A stretch of 63,763 nt of DNA, filler included, from Octopus bimaculoides (GCF_001194135.2; 7 parts of 7 records of this genome joined end to end with filler, not necessarily neighbours in it), one strand, 5' to 3'. Shown: positions 1 to 12,480, numbered from the whole stretch's first letter. A program made the numbers and translations. The notes: generated from the letters alone by a model not told the origin.

Positions 1-35
<35 letters not shown>

Positions 36-109
36 ACATACATATAAACCGTCTGGTGCTGAGTGTCGGAAAAGAGAGTGCTCAATACTATAGAAGTGAT
101 TAATAAAAG

Positions 110-288
110 ATTTTAGTTTGGTTGAGTCAACCTCTTGCTACTCTGAGTTTCGGCTACTGCCACAGAGGATCATCAGTCAAATTAAAACTCAGGCAGGCCG
201 TAACTTCAGGCAATTGATAAACTGCTTAAAGTCCCTGTGTACCCACAGGCTGAACTCAAAGTAGCAAGGGATTCGACTCAGCTAAAAT
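110..288. mobile_element. MITE-like hairpin, about 180 bp
   Basis: Imperfect inverted arms: TTGAGTCAACCTCTTGCTACTCTGAGTTTCGGC (122-154) vs reverse complement of 248-281 (CTGAGTCGAATCCCTTGCTACTTTGAGTTCAGCC); no ORF. Confidence 0.6.
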
Positions 289-1087
289 AATACCTATATG
301 TTGTGTGTGTGTGTGTTTGTGTGTGTGCGTGTGTGTTTCTGACAGTGTTCTTCTGTCATTCACTCTCTTCGTCATTTCTTCTGCCTCTGCCAGCCAGCTT
401 ATTTGCATTTCTACTTGTCTCTTAGTAAATAATCTCGGAGGTTTACTTACGTAGTTCATTCTCTCTTCTTTTCAATCTCATATTTGCCTGTCTTGTCTGT
501 CTGTCTGTCTGTGTGTCTGTAAGTCTACCTATTTGGTCTTTCTACCTTTCTACCTCTCTGTCTGTTTCTCTCCTTCTGTCGTCTCTCAGCCGCTGTTTTC
601 ATTTCACGTTTTCCTCTCCACCTTAACTCGTTCAGCAATCGAAACTTTACACCAATTCAACGTTGCTATCTTTTCATGACATTCTCACAGTGAACTCTGT
701 GAATCTTAAAACCATTTTTTTTCTGGTTCTTTCTCTCAGTCTAATTCTCCATTCATATGACTGTGTGTATGTGTATGTCCGTATGAGTGTGTGTATGTGT
801 GTATGACTGTGTGTGCGTGCATTAAATGTTTCTCTGTATGTTTATATGCGTGTCTATATCCGTATTACTTTTTTTCTTTCTCTCTCTCTCTCTATGTGTG
901 TGTGTGTGTGTGCGTGTGTGAGCGAGCGCATGTGTATGCACGCGTGCGTGAGGATATGTGTGTGATCGTATGTGTGTGTTCGTATGTGTGTGTGTTCGTA
1001 TGTGTGCGTGCGTATCACTGTATGAATATCTTTGTATTGTTATTTAATTTTATTTTATTCTTCCTGTCTCTATGTGTATCCGTTTGC

Positions 1088-1121
1088 CCATCCATCCATC
1101 CATCCATTCATCCATCCTTGC

Positions 1122-1183
<62 letters not shown>

Positions 1184-1202
1184 TTGCCTATTTATCTCTC
1201 TA

Positions 1203-1250
<48 letters not shown>
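1088..1250. repeat. Compound microsatellite (CCAT)n(CTAT)n(CT)n
   Basis: Seen directly; explains ORFs 791-1336, 1032-1637, 1072-1371. Confidence 0.95.
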
Positions 1251-1252
<2 letters not shown>

Positions 1253-1371
1253 ATTTATCTGTCAGTCAATTTATCTCCACCCACTCATCTATCTATGTGT
1301 ATATATCTATATATACATATATGCACAGATGCATAATATATATAGATATATACATTCACACATATTTGTAA

Positions 1372-1408
<37 letters not shown>

Positions 1409-1899
1409 TATATATATGATCCACCTTGGAGACATTTGTCTTTCACCTTTTCTCTCTTTCACACGTTCCATCTCTCTATCTCTCCATCTCTCCGTCTCTC
1501 CGTCTCTCCGTCTCTTCGTATCTCTTCTCCAGATTTATTCCATCATTTCTGTCACTTTCTACATAATTTCTGATGAAGCTACGAATTCTCACACAAAGAA
1601 ACCTAAACCATTAGTCATAATGGCGCGTTCTCTCTGAAACCAGATCTATCTTCCTCTACCTTGTTGCTAAGCAACCGCATCATCATGCCATACCAGAATG
1701 CTTCTCTTAGGATGACGTGACGTGTGTAGGTGGTCGAATCTACATCTCTAATGGACGATCTCTATACGTGTGTTTGTGCGTGCGTGTGTGTGTGTGTGTG
1801 TGTATGTATTGCAGTCTCGACAGAAGTGAGGAGTTAATTAAAAAAATTAAAAAAAGATCAAAATAAAGATTAAAAATCTCGGTGCAGGTATAACTGCTG

Positions 1900-2016
1900 T
1901 AACAATGACGACGACGACGACGAAGACAATGACGGCGGCGGCGGCGACGACAATAAAAATAACAGCAGGAATGACGAAACGACGACAACAACAATACAAA
2001 CTACAACAAAAGAAGC

Positions 2017-2055
<39 letters not shown>

Positions 2056-2135
2056 AACGTTAATAACAACATCAGCCACAGTAAGAGCAACCGTAACAAC
2101 AATGAAACGGTGACAACAACAACAACAACAATAGC
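1900..2135. repeat. Compound trinucleotide tract (ACG/GGC/AAC)n
   Basis: Seen directly; source of poly-R/V/T ORFs. Confidence 0.9.
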
Positions 2136-2396
2136 ATGATCGAAAATTGTAACAATTTTTCATTCAGCTAATGGCGAAAATTTTAAGGTAAAAATGCCGA
2201 AAATGAAAACACAAACAGGAAAATCTCTCTAAAATTAATTACCAACAAATATTTGAAGAACCTGACAAAAAGCAAGCGGCTTAAATACATGGAGCAAGGT
2301 ACAATGAGAGGGAGAGAGAGAGAGAGAGAGAGAGAGAAACAGAGGGAGAGAGTGGAGAGAGAAGGAGAGAGAGAGAGAAGCGGAGGTTAAAGGTAG

Positions 2397-2430
<34 letters not shown>

Positions 2431-2572
2431 AAAGAGAGAGTGGGGGAGAGAAGGAGGAAATTTAAATATTTATTAAATTTGTAATTTTTAATTCCTGAAC
2501 GAACTGTTAAACTGTTGAAGCAATGCTGAAGCGGAAGTGTTTTAATGAAATGAAGAGGTTTCTGCGCTTTGG

Positions 2573-2574
<2 letters not shown>

Positions 2575-2620
<46 letters not shown>

Positions 2621-2817
2621 TTTGGCACAAGGCTAGCAATGTTTTAGGAAGAGGTTAGTCGATTACATCGATTCCAGTGTTCAACTGGTACTTATTTTAT
2701 TGATCCCAAAAGGATGAAACACAAAGTTGACCTCGGTGAAATTTGAACTTGGTACGTAAAGACAGACAAAATACTGTGAGATATTTTGTTCCATGTGCTA
2801 ACAGTTCTCTCAGCTCA
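2575..2817 (-). mobile_element. tRNA-derived SINE family A, full copy with (ATT)n tail
   Basis: Minus strand has tRNA-like head, B-box GTTCAAATTTC, core GAGGTCAACTTTGTGTTTCATCCTTTTGGGATCAATAAAATAAGTACCAG; (TAA)n at 2575-2620 is the tail. Confidence 0.85.
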
Positions 2818-2899
2818 ATGGCTTCAAATCTTGGCCCAAAGTCAGCAATTCTAGGGCGTGGATAAGTCGATTATATCACGTCCAGGCTCACCAGGCCTG

Positions 2900-3322
2900 G
2901 GCGTGGTTCAAGCATTTCCGCCCACAAATCACGCACATAAAAAGCAATGAATTACCTGGAAATTGCTCTGACACAGAGAGGAGTTCCAGTTGTTGATTGC
3001 GAGATGGGGGGAACAAAACCGAAATGGATGGAGGAAAAGAGTGCACAGTGGTTGTTCGAAGTTTGAAAGAAAAAAACGAAGCACGAGGAGATCAAGAGAA
3101 GGCTTAGAAAGAATAAACCTGTAGAAAATGAAGGAGTGTTGCTTTTTATGTGTGTGATTTGTAGGAGGAAATGCTTGAGTCACGAAGGTTTGGTCAGCCA
3201 TCAGAGAACCCATAGGAATCAGATCATTGTAAATTGTGATATGGCTATCGTTCACAACAAAACATGTGCAACCTGTGGAAAAGGTGTGCCTTTCAGTTGG
3301 AGGATTGAAAAGGCAGAAGCAA
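2900..3322 (+). mobile_element. RTE-clade LINE ORF2 C-terminal fragment with two C2H2 fingers, frameshifted
   Basis: Joined frames read NRNGWRKRVHSGCSKFERK..KHEEIKRRLRK..FMCVICRRKCLSHEGLVSHQRTH..CATCGKVCLSVGGLKR, matching the RTE pattern DR..WR..V..G...FE..R....KR..RK plus terminal finger. Confidence 0.75.
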
Positions 3323-3541
3323 CAGGCATGTCATCCGCGTCAAATTGTTAGCGTCCACACTGCCGCGTCCAATCGTCTCATCCCGAGAGTTCACATGTCT
3401 GTGAAATACTCAGCCATTTACACGTTAAATCAGGAAACAATGATTCATTTCAATTATTGAGTGTCTGACAGAAATTGAAATTACAAATGAGACGATTGGA
3501 CGCGGCGGTTTGGACGCGGATGATTGCATGTTGAGCCTGTT
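3322..3541. mobile_element. MITE inserted in the LINE zinc finger
   Basis: Perfect 20-bp inverted repeat GCCGCGTCCAATCGTCTCAT (3362-3381 / 3487-3506), subterminal CGCGTC repeats, termini AACAGGC...GCCTGTT. Confidence 0.7.
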
Positions 3542-3815
3542 TAGGTGACAGTACATTTTAGCACAGGAGACATGCACTCAGACGCGCTCGCGCATAGACA
3601 CACATACACACAGACACACATACACACATACACACACACATACACACACACATACACAAACACATACACATACACAAGCACACACGCAGGTGCACGGAGA
3701 ATTATATGCATTCAGATAGAGTGACAGGGAAAGAGGGGTAAGAGAGACTTTTCTGATGCATGTAAGCATAACTGAATGTTTATACACATAAATGGAAAGG
3801 AAGAGAAAGATAGAT

Positions 3816-3863
<48 letters not shown>

Positions 3864-4404
3864 GGGAGAAGGAAAGAAACATTAATATGTCGGATGTCAA
3901 GTAAGTCAGCATCAAATTATTGACGCCAAAACGTTTCATACCCTGTGCCTTTAACATAATTTTCAGGTAGAATCTATGAATTAAAGGAGTAATCCACCTG
4001 ATGAGTCTCTTTATAGTTTTTGTCAACCCAGTTTCAATAAAAAGAAAAAAAATGTAGATAAACCCAAGGGTATAGGAAACAACATCTAAACGGAGGGTTC
4101 GAACGCAGACTTATATTTGCGAAACGAACTTCTTAACCAATCGCCCACACTACGCCTTGGTACGTTATATATAAATACTCTATGAAATCAGTTCTCAAAA
4201 CAAAGACAAGGTTACCAACATTGTCCAGAATCGATAGTTCAGCTCTTCGATTTACTGTTGCAAAATATTGACAAACAAGTTTCTTGTCTTCAATAATTTA
4301 GCAGCTTAACTGCTTTAACTAATAATATTCGACTAATTAATTGTGCTTTACGTTGCCGTATTGGCATCAGAATATATCATATACAATGACGAATCATAAT
4401 GGGC

Positions 4405-4681
4405 TTTCTTCTTCTTCTTCTTCTTCTTCTTCTTCTTCTTCTTCTTCTTCTTCTTCTCCTTCTTCTCCTCCTCCTCCTCCTCCTTCTCCTTCTTCTTCTT
4501 CTCCTCCTCCTCCTCCTCCTCCTCCTCCTTCTTCTTCTTCTTCTTCTTCTTCTTCTTCTTCTTCTTCTTCTTCTTCTTCTTCTTCTTCTTCTCCTCCTCC
4601 TCTTCTTCTTCTTCTTCTTCTTCTTCTTCTTCTTCTTCTTTTTCTTCTTCTTCTCCTTCTTCTTCTCCTTCTTCTTCTTCT
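4405..4681. repeat. Polypyrimidine (CTT/CCT)n tract
   Basis: Seen directly; source of poly-S/P/L ORFs. Confidence 0.95.
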
Positions 4682-5159
4682 AATTTAACACAATTTGCTC
4701 AAGTCACGCCTTGCCAAAGAGTGACTTTTATTACTTTCGGGGTTGAATTCTAAAGGAGAAACCGAGAGAACAATAAATGAGTTTGTATTCTTAATGCTGT
4801 TTTGCTGTTGATCTGATTAATGTTTATGTAGAAGTAAACGAAACAAGCATTAAAATACACGAAAGTTCATGCTGTCTCATCAAGTACAGAATTAAATGTA
4901 GAGATTACAAGGTGACATACATTTTGTATAAGGAAACATGACTTGTGCTCGATCACCATTCAGTAATAATATATAGTAAGAATCTGGTTAATGGAGCTGG
5001 CGGCTGACACAAAGTGTTTTGGTTGTTTTAATAACGGTTCTACTAACAGAGCTGCACCAATGTCTGTTCTCAGGTCTTTCTTGACATTTAAGTCAATAGA
5101 TTATAAAGGTGAAACATGTGTTGTATAGGCAAACATGGCCAGTATTCGATCGCCATAAA

Positions 5160-5590
5160 ATATTGGTTTCAAATTTTGGCAGCAATCCTAAAGGAGGGGA
5201 TGAGTCAATCACATTTACCCCAGTACATGACGAACTTCATTTTATCGACTTTAAAAAGTTGAAGGTCAAAGCTGACTTCGGTGGGATTTGAACACTGAAC
5301 GTTAATAACCGGAAGAAATGTCACTAACCAACGATAACGATTCTGCCATCTCTCGGCTTTGATTAGCATAAAATATTTTTTAAAATAATTTTGGCACAAG
5401 GCTATCAAATTTAGGGAAACGGGAAAGCCGATTACGTTAATCCCAATGCTCAGATGGTATTTGTTTTATCGACCGCAAACGGCAAGGTCAGCTTCGGCGA
5501 CATTTGAACGCAGAATGTAAATAGCCGGAAGAAATGCCACTAAGCATTTTGTTCGACGCGATAACGATTCTGCCGGCCCGGCTCGCCGCT
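5160..5590 (-). mobile_element. Two tandem SINE A copies
   Basis: Repeated GATTTGAAC B-box (reverse), TTTTATCGAC core and TTTGGCA tail at about 5160-5355 and 5385-5590. Confidence 0.8.
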
Positions 5591-5748
5591 TTGGTGAACA
5601 TAAAATTATAAAGAGCTGGGTGTCACAGGGTTTTTTTTGCTTGTTTTCATAATTGCTCCGCCTTAAGAGCAAACAACATCGACGATCCTTCCAGGCATTT
5701 TGCATGAAATTAAAAATCACACACCGAAACATTTGACAATTATTTTAC

Positions 5749-5820
<72 letters not shown>

Positions 5821-5894
5821 TTTGTTCATCGTGTACAAGTACATATGCATTCATCACTATTTTATTTATTTATATTCATTTTTAGACAAATCGA

Positions 5895-5961
5895 AGCATG
5901 TCTTAGACAATTCCGGAGCGTATTGAACTTACGTTGGGCGTGCCTTTTGACCCACCCTGTA
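5895..5961 (+). mobile_element. Tc1/mariner right-end remnant
   Basis: TTTTGACCCACCCTG followed by TA is TIR-like; preceded by sequence resembling a ..FRSRIE transposase C-terminus. Confidence 0.35.
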
Positions 5962-6167
5962 TATAGATTACACGCTGACCCATATTTTGTTTAGCCAAAC
6001 AGGACTTGTGTTCAGTTCTCATAAGATATTAAATAGAAACAATCTGGTTAATAGAGAGTGTTTTGTGGTTTTAGTGGCTCCATCTTGAGGAAGAACAACA
6101 ACACAAACGACCGTTTTCAGGCCCTCCATGACAAATCCAGACAAATCCACCATCTTGGCTATTAGGG

Positions 6168-6657
6168 GTTTTGTTGTTATGTAGCTCCGACTGAGTAGAT
6201 TTTTGATCCAATGTTTTCCAGCCGTGAATTAAGTCCCAAAACTTGGCCTAAATTCTTGCATTAGAGTGGACCCTGCTAAGGACACCCAGAAACCAGGCTG
6301 GGGTGTTAAATCGAGGACCCAATTGAGCTCACTACCCGAGAACAGATACAACCCACACGACAAGATTTACACATAAGTTTTACCTAAAAGGTAATACCCA
6401 ACACCTAGTAATATGTATGATCCAACAGTGCAGAAGTTCCCCTCGTCTCACGTTTTTTAGGTAGGTCCACCATCCGTCGACGGATTGCAAGGCCCCTTCG
6501 TAGATCTTATTCGTCTTTGCTAACTTTAGTAGACTTGAATAACGTGAACTGAAGTGTTTTGTTCATGAACACAACGCACCACCAGGTTCAAGATTCGAAC
6601 CCAGAATTTTACGATCATGAGTATAACGCCCTTAACACCAAGCCGCGCGCTCTCCAC
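6168..6657 (-). mobile_element. SINE family C, long-body variant with (CAA)-type tail
   Basis: Head at 6540-6657 matches heads at 34380-34486 and 62477-62594; unrelated body of about 370 bp ends CACGGCTGGAA...GCTACATAACAACAAAAC. Confidence 0.65.
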
Positions 6658-6982
6658 CATAATTTTTACCACCCGGGCTTTGGTCGAACCGAGTCTAAGG
6701 TAGAAACCTCTTGCTCAAAAGGCGGCACAATGATGTTATATGCAAAACTTCGTAAGTACGAAAAGACTGCATCAACTATAGAGCCATAATTGCGTTAGGA
6801 AGGATTCTAGAAGGACTGTAATTCAATCTCTTCAGAATATCAGAAAAATCAAACAAATATCTATGAGTTTGTTGACCGAGTGGTTCTATTTAACAGAGAT
6901 ATAGTTTCACTTGTAATATAACGAGATATGAAGATTTTGGAAACAATTTTTAAAGCGTAATTCGTATACTTAGATTTGTGAA

Positions 6983-7019
<37 letters not shown>

Positions 7020-7589
7020 NNNNNNNNNNNNNNNNNNNNNNNNNNNNNNNNNNNNNNNNNNNNNNNNNNNNNNNNNNNNNNNNNNNNNNNNNNNNNNNNN
7101 NNNNNNNNNNNNNNNNNNNNNNNNNNNNNNNNNNNNNNNNNNNNNNNNNNNNNNNNNNNNNNNNNNNNNNNNNNNNNNNNNNNNNNNNNNNNNNNNNNNN
7201 NNNNNNNNNNNNNNNNNNNNNNNNNNNNNNNNNNNNNNNNNNNNNNNNNNNNNNNNNNNNNNNNNNNNNNNNNNNNNNNNNNNNNNNNNNNNNNNNNNNN
7301 NNNNNNNNNNNNNNNNNNNNNNNNNNNNNNNNNNNNNNNNNNNNNNNNNNNNNNNNNNNNNNNNNNNNNNNNNNNNNNNNNNNNNNNNNNNNNNNNNNNN
7401 NNNNNNNNNNNNNNNNNNNNNNNNNNNNNNNNNNNNNNNNNNNNNNNNNNNNNNNNNNNNNNNNNNNNNNNNNNNNNNNNNNNNNNNNNNNNNNNNNNNN
7501 NNNNNNNNNNNNNNNNNNNNNNNNNNNNNNNNNNNNNNATATATATATACATTCATGCACACACATACGCAGACACAGCTCACACACAC

Positions 7590-7620
<31 letters not shown>

Positions 7621-8409
7621 TTTACGAACATAGGCACATCATCGATTCTCGTAAAATTTTTCCTTTGTTAGTGATTTATTCTGATGAAAAAAAAAGTACT
7701 TTTTTTTCTCCTTTTATAGTTAGTTTATCCTTGACACTCGAAAGGTTTTTATAATAGGTAAACATCAGGTTATAATGGATTGAGTTATGTTTAGAGTAGT
7801 TAAATTGTTTTCCTTCCTGAATTTTTCTGAGTTTCGAAGGCTTTTACAGGGAGGAAAGTAGATGAAAGCAATAATGAACAGTTTCAAAGTGAATCATTGT
7901 TATAGAAGAGAATCCGTCAGAGATTTCTTTTCAATACAATAAAAAATACAGGACGTGACGACAGTGAACGGAAAATGGCGACCCATTGAGAAAGAGTTAC
8001 GTAACTGTGGTTCTTTCCTTTGAGAGTGCTTAATAATATCTCTGCTTTCTTTTTTTTTTTACGTCACTTGGACATAGCAATAAGCGCAACCCCTTTGACA
8101 TTTTCGAGGCCTTCGGGAAAGGAAGTAATTCGTGAAAGGCACCCAGAAGCGAAGAGGCGGAAGCTTGTAATTTAGTCATCCATCCATCCATCCATCCATC
8201 TTTCTTCTCTGCCCAAAATTCCTGGGTGAGCCGTGGGGGTAAAGACTTCAATCATCTACTCCTCAGGTGTTAATGCTTCCTGATATTGCTAATTTCTCCC
8301 TCGATTTTATTACCCTTTTCTGTGTGATTGTGTGGCTAAGTAGTAACCATGTGTTTAGGAAGGAAGCTTCTTACCACACACACACGCGCGCTTGCACCCT
8401 TCAAAAGAA

Positions 8410-8930
8410 GTACTGAATGTTTTAAGCAACGATCTTCCAATATCGATGTTTTTACTGGAGAAGGTTAAAAGCTTATTTGGGCTGATGATTTTGGAACTTA
8501 GGGTAATAAGTGATTCAGTGGTCAGAGAAGGACTGGCCAGTAGATTTTGCATGACAGAGGTCCACCGTTGTATGGACACTCGCTGCTGCCACATAAACTA
8601 GTTTCACATGCCTAAGAGTCAAATAGACAATATGTTTATTTGACCTACAGACACAGATAAGCTCGGTAGATCAGAAACCTAGGAGAGTAAGCTGTTAATA
8701 AACCGGTAGAAGACAACAGGAACGAAATAACATATCTTTTCCAAGCAACATCATGAATCTTCCAGTATCGGCATGGAGGTTTTGGATCGCCGACGCTTGT
8801 AAACATGGTAAACAAAATGTACATGGTCAACAAAAAAAAGAGAGGCTCTAGATGGCAAACTAGATAGAGAACCCGGGTAATTAAGTAAAAGAAAATCAGT
8901 GTCATCTTATACCTTTTCAAACATGATGCA
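8410..8930 (+). mobile_element. Highly decayed CR1/L2-group reverse transcriptase fragment
   Basis: NDLP...LF(A)DD(L)ELRVISD..REGLA...IN..CLRV after correcting two small indels; SPTL and VQ..K-like motifs downstream. Confidence 0.45.
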
Positions 8931-9180
8931 TAGATCAAAATATTTAAATCTGTCTGAACACCAAGGTTCGTCTAGCGTTAAGAAAGTATAACAAAGTGGT
9001 TATGATTCATTTCTGCAAACATTGCAAACATTTTACCAGTAATATATTAGAGGTGATATCTCCTTTATAAATAAACTTTCTGCCTGATCAAAATATATCA
9101 ACATATAGATGTAGGAAGGTAGTGACCAGGCACATCGTAAGCACATCGGATAACATGTCAAACGGTATTTCTATCAGCTC

Positions 9181-10105
9181 TGGGTTCATATGTTGTCAAG
9201 GTAACCTTTGCTTTTCAACCTTTCAGGGTCGATGAAATAAAGTACTGATAAAGTACTAGGGCCGATGTAATCGACTAGTCCATCCTCCTCAAAATTATTA
9301 GCCCTGAATCCTGCCACGGACCGTTCTAATGACGACGCCCAGTTCTGATGGCTGTTGTAGTTTTGGACACTCACGCGCCATGGACGCCAAGTCAGATGCC
9401 TTATGAATATTAGGGCACGAAAAAAATATTAAATGTAGGTGGCGGTATAACGGACATGGGAAAATATCTTGAGCTCCGTATTATTGCGTACAAAGTTCAA
9501 ATTTCATCGGGGATCGGCCTTGCTCTTTGTCTTTCTGGTACTTGAGAAACTAATGAAAGAAATTGCTTACTAGACCTGATTTGAAAAATTCCAGCCGTTT
9601 GTCAACGCACGAACATAATATGTAATAGATAAAATTGATATAAGAGATATATTGTTTTTAACTGAGGCAAAATATTTGTAGCTTTAAGGGAGGGGTCTTT
9701 ATCGATTATAGTGACATAGTGACTCTAATACCAGGGCAGTACTTTATTTTATGAAATCCTGAATGATGAAAAGCAAAGTGGATCTCGCAGGATTTGAACT
9801 TGGAATATGAAAAAAAACGGGATGAATACCGCTAAACACTTTCTCCGACGCTCTAACGATTCCACCAGCTTGCTACCCTGGCAATCCAGAAAATATGGAT
9901 TTCTAATTTAGGCACCAGACCAGTAATGTTGAAAGGAGGTGTCAGTCAATACCATCGTGCCCAGTTCTTGGATGGTACATTATTTCATCATTTTCTAGAA
10001 GGATGAAATGCAAAGCTGGCGTCAGCAGGAATGTAAAGAGCTGGAATAAGTATCAGGATGCTTTTTACTCCAATGCTATAACGATTCTGCCAACTCACTG
10101 CCTTT
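9181..10105. mobile_element. Three degraded SINE A copies (9181-9310 +, 9655-9875 -, 9900-10105 -)
   Basis: Core GGTCGATGAAATAAAGTAC / GATGTAATCGACT and reverse B-box GATTTGAAC. Confidence 0.7.
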
Positions 10106-11190
10106 ATACGATGCATTATATTGCGTGTAATTAAGATAGGATACCGAGTCCGAAAACGTTTAAGTTTGAATCAAGCTATATGGCTTAAACTTTACGTCAC
10201 TGCGTTGTAAAACAGAGTGATTTCATCTCAAGAGATTGATGACGCGTTAAATGTATAATATTGTAAGCAGCCAACCACTTTCTGCGGACGTGTGACTTGA
10301 GTTTTTGGAGCTAGTTTTAATTAAGAAATTCACTTTCAGATGAACAATTTGGTGGCCCTATTGAACAAAGAATCACCTCAAAGTATAGCTGAAATATTGT
10401 CTTCTCTGAAGAAAGCATTGTTTCCCAAACAAGAAAACGAAGAAATGAATAAAACAAAGCTTGTCCATCTAAGTAATTAGAAAATTGCCATCATACACAT
10501 AAAATTACACTTGGGGTTTTACTCGTAAATCCAAAGCTATACAAAGGGGATAACTGTGATTACATTAGCATATACATAGGGAAATTTATAACGTGTTTCA
10601 TTAAAAAGGTGGCTTTCAGTGTTGATTATAGTCGACTAGAATACTAGATGCTCAAAAATCAAATGAAACTACTGTACTTTGTCCGACATTTTCTTATTTT
10701 CAGAGCTTTAACGTGGAGTATGGCTTTTATAAACAGATTAAGGAACTAAAAAAAAAGCCCATGTAGCACATCTATCTGAGATATCATCGAGTTAGCTAGG
10801 AAATTTTGCTGAAAAACACCAAGCGCTTATTGACAGTCAGATTATGTTATTCATTGAAAAAGTCATATCGACTTTCTTTGCACGAGCCAACGATGATGCC
10901 TCTATGTACTTGTGCAATCCAAGGTACAGTTGCTGAAGATGCTCTGCAACAACGCAGTTGTGAAGCGACCTACTTAACAGCACAGGCACATGTCACACCT
11001 GATCTGTTCAAGCTGACTAAGGATCAAGACACTCTAGTCATGACCATCAGGAATTCATAGTCGTGAACATATCGTGTCTATGTTTACTATCTAGAACCAC
11101 ATAATCCATTGTAATTTTCCTCTTCTTAAGACGATTTAGTGGGATTTGAGGGAAATTTGACTATTATTTCAAGCAAAGGAAGTGGTCATT

Positions 11191-11240
<50 letters not shown>

Positions 11241-11314
11241 NNNNNNNNNNNNNNNNNNNNNNNNNNNNNNNNNNNNNNNNNNNNNNNNNNNNNNNNNNNN
11301 NNNNNNNNNNNNNN

Positions 11315-11372
<58 letters not shown>

Positions 11373-11402
11373 CCCTCATTCAGGCAATAAGGATACTCCA
11401 CT

Positions 11403-11570
11403 TACTAGAAATAGCTGCCAATTTTTTTATCATCTACATTTTACAGACTCGGAAGAAAAAGGTTAAAAATAGATATACTCTCTGACAAAAAGAGGGAAGG
11501 GCACGGTTAGATGGCATAAGATCCCCATTTTACTAAATAAGGTCTTGCCTGTGGCTAAACAACAACAACG
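11403..11570 (+). mobile_element. Interspersed repeat family D, (CAA)-tailed
   Basis: CTAGAAATAGC(A/T)GCCAA motif recurs at 16439, 30035, 36550(-), 49120(-), 49720; this copy ends GGCTAAACAACAACAAC. Confidence 0.55.
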
Positions 11571-11844
11571 ACCTAAACAGAAGGTATCATAAGGATGGGG
11601 TGAATGTACGCTGAAACCTGCGAAATCTCAGTGAGTAAAGTCTAAATAGGATAAAGCGTGTAATCCGGTGCTCTACTGATTATGATACTCGGTAGATGAG
11701 TAGAACGGTACTTGTCGAGTACGACTCGCAGAAATTGATATAGCTTTGTTAATTACAGGGATGTAATTTAATTAATTAAGTAGATCGGTTTCTTTTGACA
11801 ACAATATACGAACTCAAATGACAACTTTAATGACGCTTTCTACT

Positions 11845-12480
11845 ATAGACACAAGGCCAGCAACTTTAGGGAAGAGGATAATTCAATACCTTGGTCTTAG
11901 CACCTGACTGATACCTACATTTTTGTTCCCCAAAGGACGAACTGCAAAGTCGTCCAAACCTCGCTAGAGTTTGAACTCAGAACGTAAAGCCACAAAAAAT
12001 GCTTCTTTGCATTTTGTCTGGCGTGCCTGCGATTCTGCCAGCCCTCTTAATAATAATCCTTTCTAAGGTAGGGTGCTGGCTGAATCGTTAGGACGCCGAA
12101 GAAAAAGGCTTAGCGGCATTTCTTCTGGTTTTACGTTCTGAGTTCAAATTCTGCCGAGGCCGACTTTGCATTTCATCCTTCGCGGATCGATAAAATAAGT
12201 ACTAGTTGAGCACTGGGATCGATGTAATCGACTTGCTCACTCTCCAGAGGCTATTGGTTTTGTACCAAAATACGAAACCGATAATATTCCTTTCTACTAT
12301 AGGCTCGAAGCATGAAATTTGCAGTGAGAGGAATAGTCGATTAGATCGATCCCCGTATTTGACTGGCACTTATCAATTTCCGAGCAATGTCGATCTCGGC
12401 GGCATTTCAATTCAGAACATGAAACCAGAAGAAATGCTGCTAAGCATTTTGTCCAGCGTGGTAAGCATTTTGTCAGCTCA
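11845..12480. mobile_element. SINE A cluster, alternating orientation (11845-12045 -, 12070-12285 +, 12290-12480 -)
   Basis: Three recognisable head/core/tail sets; + copy has GAGTTCAAATTC B-box and CGAGGCCGACTTTGCATTTCATCCTTCGCGGATCGATAAAATAAGTAC. Confidence 0.85.

Noticed and set aside
7969-7990. YY1-like AAAATGGCG and nearby TGACG motifs (also TGACGTGACGTG at about 1713 and 12629)
   Set aside because: Short motifs expected by chance in 64 kb; the ATG stops after four codons; no promoter context
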